DNA of 64,000 nt, taken from an uncultured Actinomycetota bacterium. GTDB lineage: Bacteria > Actinomycetota > Actinomycetes > Propionibacteriales > Nocardioidaceae. A model generated the notes under the pieces. It saw only the letters and a list, made by a program, of their open reading frames with translations. It was not told where the DNA came from and did no database searches. The DNA lies in contig CAVXXI010000001.1 in the NCBI GenBank assembly GCA_963765725.1, positions 547,838 through 611,837 on the forward strand. The letters are read 5' to 3'. Below, piece after piece: positions 9,481 to 20,355 of the stretch; positions within the stretch are counted from its first letter, which is position 1; every line of letters begins with the position of its first letter. A program made the translations under genes and the position numbers.

Positions 9481-9929
9481 CGCGGTGGCGTACACACCAC
9501 TCGCGTTCCCGCGGCGATGACGGCCAGATCACCGCGATGCTGGTCCTGCTCAGCATCTGCCTCCTGCTGGCGATCATCGCCGTCACGGACATCTCGGGGA
9601 GCTACCTGCGACGGCAGGCAGTGTCGTCGCTGGCCGACGGCGCAGCGTTGTCGGCCTCGGACTCCGCGGTGGCCTCCGGCATCTACCGCGGTTCGGACGT
9701 GGGTTTCGTCGACCTCGATCCTGCGGCGGCGTCAGCTGCCGTCCAGGAGTACCTGCGCCGGTGCGGCGCATTCACGCGGTACCCAGGCCTCGACGCACGG
9801 GTCGTCGTCGACGGCCATGTCGTCACGGTGTACCTGACTACGCCGTACCGGCTTCCGGTCGCGATGCCGGGCGTGTCGGCCACGGCCGCCATCCACGGCA
9901 GCGCCGCAGTCGAGGTTCCGATCTACTGA
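9477..9929 (+). CDS. TadG-related putative Flp pilus-assembly protein
   Basis: GTGA overlap with the previous gene. It has an N-terminal TM helix (ITAMLVLLSICLLLAIIAV) and is the last gene of the tad cluster. Confidence 0.7.
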   Translation: MTRWRTHHSRSRGDDGQITAMLVLLSICLLLAIIAVTDISGSYLRRQAVSSLADGAALSASDSAVASGIYRGSDVGFVDLDPAAASAAVQEYLRRCGAFTRYPGLDARVVVDGHVVTVYLTTPYRLPVAMPGVSATAAIHGSAAVEVPIY

Positions 9930-10098
9930 CGACGACCCGGATGCCTCGGAGCACCGTTCCGGGAAGCGGCCGAACAACCGAAGGCGCCGACCGGGCCGTG
10001 CTCGAGACTCAACTGGCCGGGGCGCTCGGCTGCAGGGGTGTGTCACCTCGGGCGACGCGCCCTTGGGAGGAAGTCGACAAGCAAGGTGAGTGCCCGGC

Positions 10099-10252
10099 CC
10101 CCTAGCGTTGTGCCCGCTCGACGCAGCATTTGTGCCCGCTCGACGCAGCATTTGCGCCCGCTCGGCCGAGCATTCGCGCCCGCTCGGCCGAGCATTTGTG
10201 CCCGCTCGAGCCAGCATTTGTGCCCGCTCGGCCGACATTTCCGCCCGGTTGG
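10099..10252 (-). repeat. 22-bp tandem repeat array, 7 units, opposite orientation (...CATTTGYGCCCGCTCG)
   Basis: Units end in CTCG at 10120, 10142, 10164, 10186, 10208 and 10230, followed by a degenerate last unit. The array is intergenic, between the tad locus and paaA. Confidence 0.9.
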
Positions 10253-10346
10253 CGCGACAGGTCTACCCACTCGACGTAGAGGGGGAGTGTTACAGTCGCG
10301 GGGCAGATCGGTGACGGGAGTGTAATACCTCCGCTAGGATGGGGCC

Positions 10347-11339
10347 ATGTACGGAAACGACGTGGCCGAGCCCAATGACGCCAAGCCGACGGCCGACGCG
10401 GAGAGCGCATCCAGCCCTGAGTTCCAGGCGATCATCGACGGCGAGGGGCGGGTGGAGCCCCGCGACGCGATGCCCGACGCCTATCGCAAGAGCCTGATCC
10501 GCCAGATCGCGCAGCACGCGCATTCGGAGATCATCGGCATGCAACCAGAGGGCAACTGGATCAGCCGCGCCCCCAGCCTGCGCCGCAAGGCGATCCTGAT
10601 GGCGAAGGTCCAAGATGAGGCCGGACACGGCCTGTACCTGTACGCGGCCGCGGAGACCCTCGGTGCCGACCGTGCCGACCTGCTCGACCTGCTGCACTCG
10701 GGGCGGCAGAAGTACTCCTCGATCTTCAACTACCCGACGCTCACCTGGGCCGACATGGGCGCCATCGGCTGGCTCGTCGACGGCGCCGCGATCGTCAACC
10801 AGGTGCCGCTGTGCCGCTGCTCCTACGGCCCGTACGCCCGCGCGATGGTCCGCGTCTGCAAGGAGGAGTCCTTCCACCAGCGGCAGGGCTTCGAGATCCT
10901 CAACACGCTGTCGCAGGGCACGCCGGCCCAGCACGCCATGGCCCAAGACGCCGTCGACCGCTGGTGGTGGCCCAGCCTGATGATGTTCGGCCCTCCCGAC
11001 GACGCTTCCCCGAACTCGGCGCAGTCGATGGCGTGGGGCATCAAGCGGTTCAGCAACGACCAGCTGCGGCAGCGCTTCGTCGACATGACGGTTCCGCAGT
11101 CGCAGGCGCTCGGCCTGACCCTGCCCGACCCCGACCTGCGCTGGAACGCGGAGCGCGGCTCCTACGACATCGGAGAGATCGACTTCAGCGAGCTCTTCGA
11201 GGTGATCAAGGGCAACGGTCCCTGCAACTCCGCGCGCATGAACCACCGGCGCACGGCCCACGAGGAGGGCGCCTGGGTCCGCGAGGCAGCGGCGGCCTAC
11301 GCCGCGAAGCACCGCGCGCCTCAGGCGAGCGCAGCATGA
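10347..11339 (+). CDS. paaA: 1,2-phenylacetyl-CoA epoxidase subunit A
   Basis: Di-iron oxygenase family sequence ([12 protein letters not shown]...KVQDEAGHG...EESFHQRQG), at the head of a paaABCDE operon. Confidence 0.93.
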   Translation: MYGNDVAEPNDAKPTADAESASSPEFQAIIDGEGRVEPRDAMPDAYRKSLIRQIAQHAHSEIIGMQPEGNWISRAPSLRRKAILMAKVQDEAGHGLYLYAAAETLGADRADLLDLLHSGRQKYSSIFNYPTLTWADMGAIGWLVDGAAIVNQVPLCRCSYGPYARAMVRVCKEESFHQRQGFEILNTLSQGTPAQHAMAQDAVDRWWWPSLMMFGPPDDASPNSAQSMAWGIKRFSNDQLRQRFVDMTVPQSQALGLTLPDPDLRWNAERGSYDIGEIDFSELFEVIKGNGPCNSARMNHRRTAHEEGAWVREAAAAYAAKHRAPQASAA

Positions 11340-11626
11340 CCGACCGCGACGAGTGGCCGCTCTGGGAGGTCTTCGTCCGGGCCAAGCGCGGTCTCAGCCA
11401 CGTCCACGTCGGCAGCCTGCACGCCCCGGACGCGCCGATGGCCGTCCGCAACGCTCGCGACATCTTCACCCGTCGCCAGGAGGGTGTGTCGATCTGGGTC
11501 GTGCCGTCGGAGGTCGTCGTCGCCAGCAGCCCCGACGAGAAGGACGCCTTCTTCGACCCTGCGGGGGACAAGATCTACCGGCACCCCACCTTCTACACCG
11601 TGCCCGAAGGCGTCGAGCACCTGTGA
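11336..11626 (+). CDS. paaB: 1,2-phenylacetyl-CoA epoxidase subunit B
   Basis: ATGA overlap with paaA. 96 aa with [24 protein letters not shown]. Confidence 0.92.
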   Translation: MTDRDEWPLWEVFVRAKRGLSHVHVGSLHAPDAPMAVRNARDIFTRRQEGVSIWVVPSEVVVASSPDEKDAFFDPAGDKIYRHPTFYTVPEGVEHL

Positions 11627-12417
11627 CCACCGACCTCCCCGCAGTCGGTGCGGTCGCCCCAGCCGAGAGCGCAGCGGTGTTCGCCTACACGTTGCGGCTC
11701 GCGGACGACGCGCTGGTATACGCCCAGCGGATGGGGGAGTGGATCGCGAAGGCGCCGCAGCTCGAGGAGGACGTCGCCCTCGCCAACATCGCTCTCGATC
11801 TGCTCGGCCAGGCACGCTCACTGCTCACCTACGCCGGCGAAGTCGAGGGCGCCGACCGCGGCGAGGACGAGCTCGCGTACTTCCGCGACGAGCGCGACTT
11901 CGTGAACGCCCAGATCTTCGAGCTCCCCATCGGCGACTTCGGCTTCACCGTCGCCCGGATGCTGGTGACGTCGTCGTACCAGTACGCGCTCTACACGCTG
12001 CTCCAGGACTCCACCGACCCGGTCCTCGCGGCGATCGCGGCGAAGGCCGTCAAGGAGGTCGACTACCACCGCGACCATGCCACGCAGTGGACGCTGCGCC
12101 TCGGTGACGGGACGCCCGAGTCCGCTCGCCGGATCTCTGGCGGGCTCGTCGAGGTCTGGCCGTACGTCGCCGAGCTGTTCGAGTCCGACGAGCTCGTCCG
12201 GGAGCTCGCGACGACCGGAATCGCCGTCGACCCGGAGCGGCTGGAGGACCCGGTCTCGACCTACCTCGACACCGTTCTCTCCGCAGCCACCCTCAGCTGT
12301 CCCGACGTCGCCGTCCGGCACACGGGTGGCCGTCGAGGCGTCCACACCGAATACCTCGGCTACCTGCTCGCCGAGATGCAGTACCTGGCCCGCTCACACC
12401 CTGGTGCCCGATGGTGA
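11623..12417 (+). CDS. paaC: 1,2-phenylacetyl-CoA epoxidase subunit C
   Basis: GTGA overlap with paaB. PaaC-like sequence (LRLADDALVYAQRMGEWIAKAPQLEEDVALANIALDLLGQAR). Confidence 0.9.
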   Translation: MTTDLPAVGAVAPAESAAVFAYTLRLADDALVYAQRMGEWIAKAPQLEEDVALANIALDLLGQARSLLTYAGEVEGADRGEDELAYFRDERDFVNAQIFELPIGDFGFTVARMLVTSSYQYALYTLLQDSTDPVLAAIAAKAVKEVDYHRDHATQWTLRLGDGTPESARRISGGLVEVWPYVAELFESDELVRELATTGIAVDPERLEDPVSTYLDTVLSAATLSCPDVAVRHTGGRRGVHTEYLGYLLAEMQYLARSHPGARW

Positions 12418-12914
12418 GCACTACAAGTATGCCCGCCGTCGACGCCGACGTCGTCCGGGCGATCGTGGCCGAGGTCGCCGACCCCGAGCTGCCGGTCCTC
12501 ACGATCCACGACCTCGGGATCCTCCGCGACGTCACGGTCGGCGACGACGGGCACGTCGCCGTCACCGTCACGCCCACGTACTCCGGCTGCCCGGCGATGG
12601 ACTCCATCCGCATCGACATCACCCAAGCCCTTGCCGACAAGGGCTTGCATGACGTCAGCGTCCGGATGGTGCTGGCCCCGGCGTGGACGACCGACTGGAT
12701 GACAGACGCGGGACGGAACAAGCTGCTCGAGTACGGCATCGCGCCGCCGCAGCCACGTGCGGCAGGCGCCGTGACGGTCTCGCTGTCGCTTCGCTGCCCG
12801 CAGTGCGGCTCGCCGGAGACGCGGGAGCTCAGCCGGTTCGGCTCGACCTCGTGCAAGTCCTTGTGGGTGTGCACGTCGTGCAAGGAGCCGTTCGACCACT
12901 TCAAGGCGATCTGA
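12411..12914 (+). CDS. paaD: Phenylacetate-CoA oxygenase subunit PaaD (PaaJ)
   Basis: N-terminal MIP18/SufT-like domain (VADPELPVLTIHDLGILRDV) plus a C-terminal Cys cluster CPQCGS...CTSCKEPF. Confidence 0.9.
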   Translation: MVSTTSMPAVDADVVRAIVAEVADPELPVLTIHDLGILRDVTVGDDGHVAVTVTPTYSGCPAMDSIRIDITQALADKGLHDVSVRMVLAPAWTTDWMTDAGRNKLLEYGIAPPQPRAAGAVTVSLSLRCPQCGSPETRELSRFGSTSCKSLWVCTSCKEPFDHFKAI

Positions 12915-12915
12915 C

Positions 12916-13995
12916 GTGCCGACACCACGACGCGCGGTGTTCCATCCGCTCCGGGTGTCCGACGTCATGGCGCTCACCGACGACGCGGTGTGCATCGAGT
13001 TCCACGTTCCGCCCGATCTCGCCGCCGACTACGACTATGTACAGGGCCAGCACCTCACCATCCGGACAACGCACGCGGGAGACGACGTCCGGCGCAGCTA
13101 CTCGATCTGCGCGCCCGCAGGCTCGGGACGGTTGCGGATCGGGGTCAAGGTACTCCCCGGTGGTCACTTCTCCGGCTTCGCCGCGGGAGGCCTCGCGGTG
13201 GGGGACGTGCTCGAGGTGATGACACCCTCCGGCCGCTTCCACACCCCGCTCGACGCGGCTCACGCGAAGCACTACTGTGCGATCGCGGCCGGCAGCGGCA
13301 TCACACCGATCTACTCGATCATCGCGACCACGCTCGAGCAGGAGCCGTCGAGCCGTGTCACCTTGATCTTCGCCAACCGGACGAGCCGGAGCGTGATGTT
13401 CCTCGAGGAGCTCGAGGACCTCAAGGACACCTACCCCGACCGCTTCCACCTGATCCATGTGCTGAGCCGGGAGCCACAAGACGCGGAGCTGCTGTCCGGC
13501 CGGCTCGACGCTGCCCGGCTGACGAAGATCAACGAGACCCTGGTGCCGATCGAGACGGTGGACGACTGGTTCCTGTGCGGGCCTTTCGAGATGGTCGTCG
13601 ACCTCAAGGAGGCGCTCCTCGAGCAGGGAGTCGACGGGCACCACGTCCATACCGAGCTCTTCCACGTCGAGTCCACCCCGAGCGTGCGCCACGAGGCGCC
13701 CTCGACCGAGGGGAAGGGCTCCGAGGTGACCATCAACCTCGACGGCCGCCGGTCGGTCTTCGCGCTCAGCCGAGACGACGTCTCGGTCCTCGAGGCCGCC
13801 CTGCGGGTACGCGCCGACGCCCCCTTCGCCTGCCGCGGCGGGGTCTGCGGGACCTGCCGCGCAAAGGTCGTCGAGGGCGAGGTCGTGATGGACACCAACT
13901 ACGCCCTGGAACCCGAGGAGATCGAGGCCGGGTACGTCCTGACCTGCCAGAGCCACCCCACCACGCCGCGGCTGTCCGTCGACTACGACGCCTGA
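12916..13995 (+). CDS. paaE: Phenylacetate-CoA oxygenase reductase subunit (FAD/NAD-binding domain plus 2Fe-2S ferredoxin)
   Basis: RRSYS flavin motif, GSGITP NAD motif and C-terminal CRGGVCGTC...C ferredoxin motif. Confidence 0.92.
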   Translation: MPTPRRAVFHPLRVSDVMALTDDAVCIEFHVPPDLAADYDYVQGQHLTIRTTHAGDDVRRSYSICAPAGSGRLRIGVKVLPGGHFSGFAAGGLAVGDVLEVMTPSGRFHTPLDAAHAKHYCAIAAGSGITPIYSIIATTLEQEPSSRVTLIFANRTSRSVMFLEELEDLKDTYPDRFHLIHVLSREPQDAELLSGRLDAARLTKINETLVPIETVDDWFLCGPFEMVVDLKEALLEQGVDGHHVHTELFHVESTPSVRHEAPSTEGKGSEVTINLDGRRSVFALSRDDVSVLEAALRVRADAPFACRGGVCGTCRAKVVEGEVVMDTNYALEPEEIEAGYVLTCQSHPTTPRLSVDYDA

Positions 13996-14064
13996 GGAGC
14001 GCCAGCCGGGCCCTGACGCTCGACGACCGCCTGGCCGTTACGTGTCGGCGGGCGGTTCCTGTCG

Positions 14065-14826
14065 GTGGGGGATGCGAGACTGTTCGACATGTCTTCAGAC
14101 CTTGCCGTCAGCACAGAAGTCGAGTTCCGAAGCGACGTGGAGGTCGAGCTCGTGCGCTCCTCGGCGAGCGACTCCGATGTGCTCTTCGCGGCCAGGGTCT
14201 CGACGAAGGGCGAGCAGTCGCTGGAGGACGTCGGTGCCGACGCGAGCAGGTCGTCGGGGCTCATCAACTTCTTGATGCGCGACCGGCACGGGTCGCCCTT
14301 CGAGCACAACTCCATGACCTTCTACGTCTCGGCACCCATCTTCGTCTTCCGCGAGTTCATGCGTCACCGCATCGCGTCCTACAACGAGGAGAGCGGGCGC
14401 TACCGCGAGCTCCGTCCCGTCTTCTACGTTCCCGGGCCGGAGCGAAGGCTCGTGCAGATCGGCAAGCCCGGTGCCTACGACTTCGTCGAAGGCAGCCGCG
14501 AGCAGTACGAGCTCGTCACCTCGCAGACCCGGTCGGTGTGCCGGGAGGCTTACGCGGCCTATCAGCGGATGCTGGATGCCGGAGTCGCACGCGAAGTCGC
14601 CAGGATCGTCTTGCCGGTGTCGATCTTCTCCACCATGTACGTGACGATGAACGCCCGGTCGCTCATGAACTTCCTCTCGCTGCGCACCAAGCGCGACGAC
14701 GCGCACTTCAAGTCGTTCCCGCAGCGCGAGATCGAGATGGTCGCCGAGCGCATGGAGACGGAGTGGGCGTCGTTGATGCCGGTCACGCACGCGGCGTTCG
14801 AGAACAACGGCCGCGTCGCTCCGTGA
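14065..14826 (+). CDS. thyX: FAD-dependent thymidylate synthase
   Basis: ThyX motif RHRIASYNEESGRY and family-typical sequence. The start is either GTG 14065 or, perhaps better, ATG 14089 (MSSDLAV...). Confidence 0.9.
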   Translation: MGDARLFDMSSDLAVSTEVEFRSDVEVELVRSSASDSDVLFAARVSTKGEQSLEDVGADASRSSGLINFLMRDRHGSPFEHNSMTFYVSAPIFVFREFMRHRIASYNEESGRYRELRPVFYVPGPERRLVQIGKPGAYDFVEGSREQYELVTSQTRSVCREAYAAYQRMLDAGVAREVARIVLPVSIFSTMYVTMNARSLMNFLSLRTKRDDAHFKSFPQREIEMVAERMETEWASLMPVTHAAFENNGRVAP

Positions 14827-14857
14827 CCGCCGTCGCGTCCGGCTGAGATGGATCGGG

Positions 14858-14907
14858 AAAAAAAATCATCGATTCTCTGTAACACAACGGCCGCCGGCTC
14901 CGATATA
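14858..14907 (+). promoter_or_regulatory. Candidate sigma-A-type promoter: A8 tract (14858-14865), -35 GTAACA (14879-14884), 17-nt spacer, -10 GATATA (14902-14907)
   Basis: The hexamers and spacing were read directly. An A8 run and an AT-rich -10 stand out in this GC-rich DNA. The predicted start lies just before the 14916 hairpin. Confidence 0.4.
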
Positions 14908-14915
14908 CCACCTGA

Positions 14916-14959
14916 AGCGCCGTTACTGCCCGGACCCCCGAGCGGACAGTAACGGCGCT
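14916..14959 (+). other. Perfect 13-bp inverted repeat (AGCGCCGTTACTG / CAGTAACGGCGCT) with an 18-nt C-rich loop
   Basis: Arms lie at 14916-14928 and 14947-14959. A second 6-bp stem (CTGCGG/CCGCGG, with one G-U pair) and a C-rich loop follow. This may be the start of the dapA 5' UTR, a small RNA, or the thyX terminator. Confidence 0.45.
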
Positions 14960-15107
14960 CCCCCATATCTGCGGACCATCTCCACCCGCGGCGCCGTCCG
15001 CCAACCCGATGCAGTGCGACTCCCGAGCGTGCTGCGCTTCAATCCGGGTAGGCCGCCGCACGCGGCACGTCCCGGGTGCCGACGGGCCCGACCGGTAGCC
15101 TCGAGAC

Positions 15108-16015
15108 ATGACCTCGGCGAGTACCGTTCCGTTCGGCCGCGTCATGACGGCGATGGTCACCCCCTTCGACGACGAGGGAAGGCTCGACCTCGACGCGGCC
15201 GGCCGCCTCGCCACCCACCTCGTCGACTCCGGCCACGACGGCCTCGTCGTCTCCGGCACGACGGGAGAGTCGCCGACCGTCGACCCCGACGAGCAGCGGG
15301 ATCTCCTGCGGGTGGTCGTCGACGCCGTGGGTCACCGGGCGAGCATCGTGGCCGGGGCCGGAACGAACGACACGGCGCACTCGGTACTGCTGGCCCGCAA
15401 CGCGGAGTCCGCCGGCGCGCACGGGCTGCTGGTGGTGACGCCGTACTACAGCAAACCCGCTCAGGACGGCATCCTCGCGCACTTCCGCACGGTGGCCGAC
15501 TCGACCGGCCTGCCGGTGATGATGTACGACATCCCCGGCCGTACCGGCGTCAAGCTCGCCGCCGACACGCTCGCCCGAGCGGCCGAGCACGACCGCATCG
15601 TGGCCGTCAAGGAGGCCAGTGGCGACCTGTACGCCGGCAGCTGGCTGCTGCGCTCGACCGACCTGGCGGTCTACAGCGGTGACGACGCGTTGAACCTGCC
15701 CTGGCTCGCGATCGGCGCCGTCGGGATGGTGTCCGTCGTCGGTCACGTCGCCGGGCAGCGGCTCGCCGAGCTCCTCGCCGCCGTCGACAAGGGCGACCTC
15801 GAGTACGCCCGCGAGATCGACCGCTCCCTGCTCCCCGCGGTCGACGCCGTCATGACCCGCGCGCCAGGCCTCGTCATGGCCAAGGCAGCCCTGGAGCTGC
15901 TCGGCGTGCTTCCCAACCGACACGTGCGGGCACCGCACCTACCGGCCACGGACGCCCAGGTCGCCGACCTGCGACGCGGTCTCGCCTCGGCCCGCCTGAT
16001 GGAGGACGCCACCCG

Positions 16016-16019
<4 letters not shown>
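15108..16019 (+). CDS. dapA: 4-hydroxy-tetrahydrodipicolinate synthase
   Basis: Family motifs GTTGES, TPYY and IVAVKEASGD, with thyX-dapA-rnj synteny. Confidence 0.94.
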
Positions 16020-17708
<1,689 letters not shown>

Positions 17709-17712
17709 GCCG

Positions 17713-19152
17713 GTGGCGGAGGCGCAGGCCGTCCCCGCGCCGGTGGACCCGGTCGAGAGGACCCGTCGTTGGCTGGCGCCGCCGGTAGCCCTGCTGGCCT
17801 CGGTCCTCGCCGCCACCTGCATGCTGAACGTCGTCGCCGTGGCCAGATCGACCGCCGCCCTCACAGAGCTCGACGCTCACTTCGTCGGTTGGGTGGGTGT
17901 CGGCGCGCTGGGAGCGGTCGCTACGGCAGCCGTCGCGCTGGTCTCGGGCGACCGCGTGGGCTCGGGGCCGTTCCTGTCACTGGGCGCGGTTGCGGCCGTC
18001 TTCGGCGTGTCGCTCGGCCATCACGTAAGCGGCAGCGGGGAGCTCACGGCGGTGATCCTCGTCTGCGGCCTGTCGGTCGGAGCCCTTCTCGCCGGTGCCG
18101 TCGCCGTGGGGGCGACACTCCCGGCGGCGTGGGCGGCGCTCACGCTCACCGCGTGGGCAGGTCCTCTGGTCGTGGCCTGGCCGCTGCTGGCCGCTGCCGT
18201 GACAGGCCGGGCGGCAGGCCCGACCCCCGGCCTCCTCGCCCATCCGCAGACGTCGCTCCTCGCGGTGGTGGCGGTGCTGATCGTCTCCTGGAGCTTGCTG
18301 ACCATGCTCGTGGAGCCGGTACCGGTCCCGGATCCGACGTGGGCGTCGTGGCAGGCGTCCTGGTGGGCACTCCTGCTGCTGGCGTCGGGCGCCGCCATCG
18401 TCACGGCAGTCCTCGGGTTCTCTCCACAGCTGTCGTTGGTGTGGCTGCGCCCGATCGTCGTCACCGCCACGGCCGCAGTGGTGGCCGGGTGGATGCTCAC
18501 GGCCAAGCTCGTCCCCGAACCGTCCGCCCGGCTGTCGTACATCGCCGTCAGCGCGGTGTCGTGGGTGGTCCCTGCGACGGCGATGTTCGCGGTCAGTGTC
18601 GCCGGCACCGACAAAGGCGTGTCCGGAACGATCACCGTGCTGTTCCTCGTCGCGGCTGCCTGCGGTGTCGCGATCGGGTACCGAGGCAGCACCGCCGTCA
18701 TCCCCGTCGGCTTCGCGCTGATGGTCGTGGCCGGCTGCGGCATCTGGGTGATGCCCACCGGGCAATGGCTCATGCTCGCCTCGGTCGGCCCCCTCGTCGT
18801 GGTCGGGACCGCGGTGCTCGTGTCCGCGGTCCGGATCGTCGGCTACGGCGGTCCGGCGAGTCGCCTCGTCGGGCTCGCCATCGTCGGCTCGCTCGTGCTG
18901 GGGCAGGTCGTGGCGATCCCTTTGGACTGGGCGATGCTGGGTGACGTCCCGAGCAGCGGAAGGGAGATGGTCGCCTCCGGCCGACTTGACGCAGGGCTGA
19001 CCGTCGCCGTCGCCAGCCTGGCCGCGTCGTGGACCTGGGTGGTCCGCCGGCGGCTGCAGCGAGCCGCCACGCGCATGCCCCGGTGGCCGGGCATGGCGGC
19101 CCCGCAGGTCGTCGGCACTGACAGGCCCGCTGTCGGTACCGAGCGGCCCTGA
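17713..19152 (+). CDS. Polytopic integral membrane protein of unknown function (about 12 or more hydrophobic segments)
   Basis: A 479-aa ORF, Ala/Val/Leu/Gly-rich with repeated TM-length hydrophobic stretches and GC-rich third positions. Confidence 0.6.
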   Translation: MAEAQAVPAPVDPVERTRRWLAPPVALLASVLAATCMLNVVAVARSTAALTELDAHFVGWVGVGALGAVATAAVALVSGDRVGSGPFLSLGAVAAVFGVSLGHHVSGSGELTAVILVCGLSVGALLAGAVAVGATLPAAWAALTLTAWAGPLVVAWPLLAAAVTGRAAGPTPGLLAHPQTSLLAVVAVLIVSWSLLTMLVEPVPVPDPTWASWQASWWALLLLASGAAIVTAVLGFSPQLSLVWLRPIVVTATAAVVAGWMLTAKLVPEPSARLSYIAVSAVSWVVPATAMFAVSVAGTDKGVSGTITVLFLVAAACGVAIGYRGSTAVIPVGFALMVVAGCGIWVMPTGQWLMLASVGPLVVVGTAVLVSAVRIVGYGGPASRLVGLAIVGSLVLGQVVAIPLDWAMLGDVPSSGREMVASGRLDAGLTVAVASLAASWTWVVRRRLQRAATRMPRWPGMAAPQVVGTDRPAVGTERP

Positions 19153-19153
19153 A

Positions 19154-19172
19154 CTGCGGGTACGGTCCGCAG
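19154..19172. terminator. Short hairpin between convergent genes (CTGCGG-7 nt-CCGCAG)
   Basis: The stem was read directly. It lies between the stops at 19152 (+) and 19193 (-), and there is no U tract. Confidence 0.3.
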
Positions 19173-19192
19173 CTCAGCTGCGCACGGACCGG

Positions 19193-20047
19193 CTAGACCG
19201 CCCGCAGCGGCCGGGGTGCATCGGGATGTGACCGGGCTGGATCGAGATCCACGACCTGGGCCTCCAACGGCGGCTCGTCATCGCGTTCGCTGCTGAGGAG
19301 CGGCTGCCCACCACGCTGTGCTTCGCGCTCTGCCCGCCGCGACACGGCCAGCAACGTCGCCCGACCGCCGCGATCGTACTCACGGGCTCCCTTGAGGTCC
19401 GGATGGTCCGCTCGGATCTGGGACCAGTCTGGCCGGCTCGACACCCTGTACCCGTAGCACTTCAGCATGTGGACGACGGCCGCGTAGTCGGGGACGCCCA
19501 CCAACGAGCGCCGCTTGAAGGAGTACCTGTCCTTGACCGCCATGGACTCGACGCGGTTGGTGTTTCTGATCAGTTTGACAACACAGTCGTCGCCGGGAGC
19601 AACTCTCGTGTCGATGATGACATGTCGCGCACCCGTCGCCCGGATGCCCGCGAAGAGCTCGGTGTAGCGGAGCGTGTGGTAGAGGAACCCCAGCAGCATG
19701 ACGACGTCGAACGACCCGACCCCTGCCGTGAGCGTGTCGTGGGCGTCGCCCCGGATGAAGCGGAAGCGCTCGCGCTCGATCCCCTTGCTGATCATCGTTT
19801 TCCTGGCGTTGACCACGAGGTAGCGACGGCCCTCGATGCCCGTGACATGGGCTGCCCCGGCCTGGAGCGCGGCGAAGGACCAACGTCCGTCGTGGCTCGC
19901 GATATCGAGGACGCGAGCTCCCCGCAAGACGTCTGCATGCTCTCGGATGATGCCGAGATGCCGCAGGTTGAGGCGACTTCTGCTGCTCGCTGTGTCGCTG
20001 GTCTCGAGAAACTCTGGGTGCTCGTCAAAGAACAGGCTCATCAACAC
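19193..20047 (-). CDS. Class I SAM-dependent methyltransferase
   Basis: Motif I VLDIASHDG and the spacing of following motifs (FDVVMLLGFLYH). Third codon positions are visibly less GC-rich than in neighbouring genes. Confidence 0.75.
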   Translation of the reverse strand: MLMSLFFDEHPEFLETSDTASSRSRLNLRHLGIIREHADVLRGARVLDIASHDGRWSFAALQAGAAHVTGIEGRRYLVVNARKTMISKGIERERFRFIRGDAHDTLTAGVGSFDVVMLLGFLYHTLRYTELFAGIRATGARHVIIDTRVAPGDDCVVKLIRNTNRVESMAVKDRYSFKRRSLVGVPDYAAVVHMLKCYGYRVSSRPDWSQIRADHPDLKGAREYDRGGRATLLAVSRRAEREAQRGGQPLLSSERDDEPPLEAQVVDLDPARSHPDAPRPLRAV

Positions 20048-20275
20048 TCCGGGTATCGTTCCGGGCCCCCGATCGGACCGGCGGGCTCTTCGTCAGTGCT
20101 CGGCGTGGCCGCTTCGCAACCTCGGCAACGGCATCTCCTCACTGCTTTCGGATCACTCGAGGCGTACGTGGGCCAGCCTGTCATCCGACGGCACCGAAGT
20201 GCCAGCGCGGCACGCCGACAGGGAGCGTCAACCAGCGCAGCCTCCTCGCCGTCGAACCCTCAGCAGTGCTCGCAG

Positions 20276-20319
20276 AAGCGGAGGTGAGGCGGCCCCCTCA
20301 AGCCGTCTCACCTCCGCTT
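20276..20319 (-). terminator. Perfect 13-bp hairpin downstream of the secreted-protein gene (AAGCGGAGGTGAG / CTCACCTCCGCTT)
   Basis: Arms at 20276-20288 and 20307-20319, 37 nt past the stop at 20356. There is no U tract, which is common in actinobacteria. Confidence 0.45.
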
Positions 20320-20355
20320 GTGGTGCCGGAGCCTGTTGCGAATGCCGCCGGCGGG

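Noticed and set aside
14916-15000. Bona fide 6C RNA motif
   Set aside because: There are two hairpins with C-rich loops, but neither loop has the run of six or more cytosines that defines 6C as I remember it, and I cannot run a covariance model. It is kept only as an unexplained structured region.
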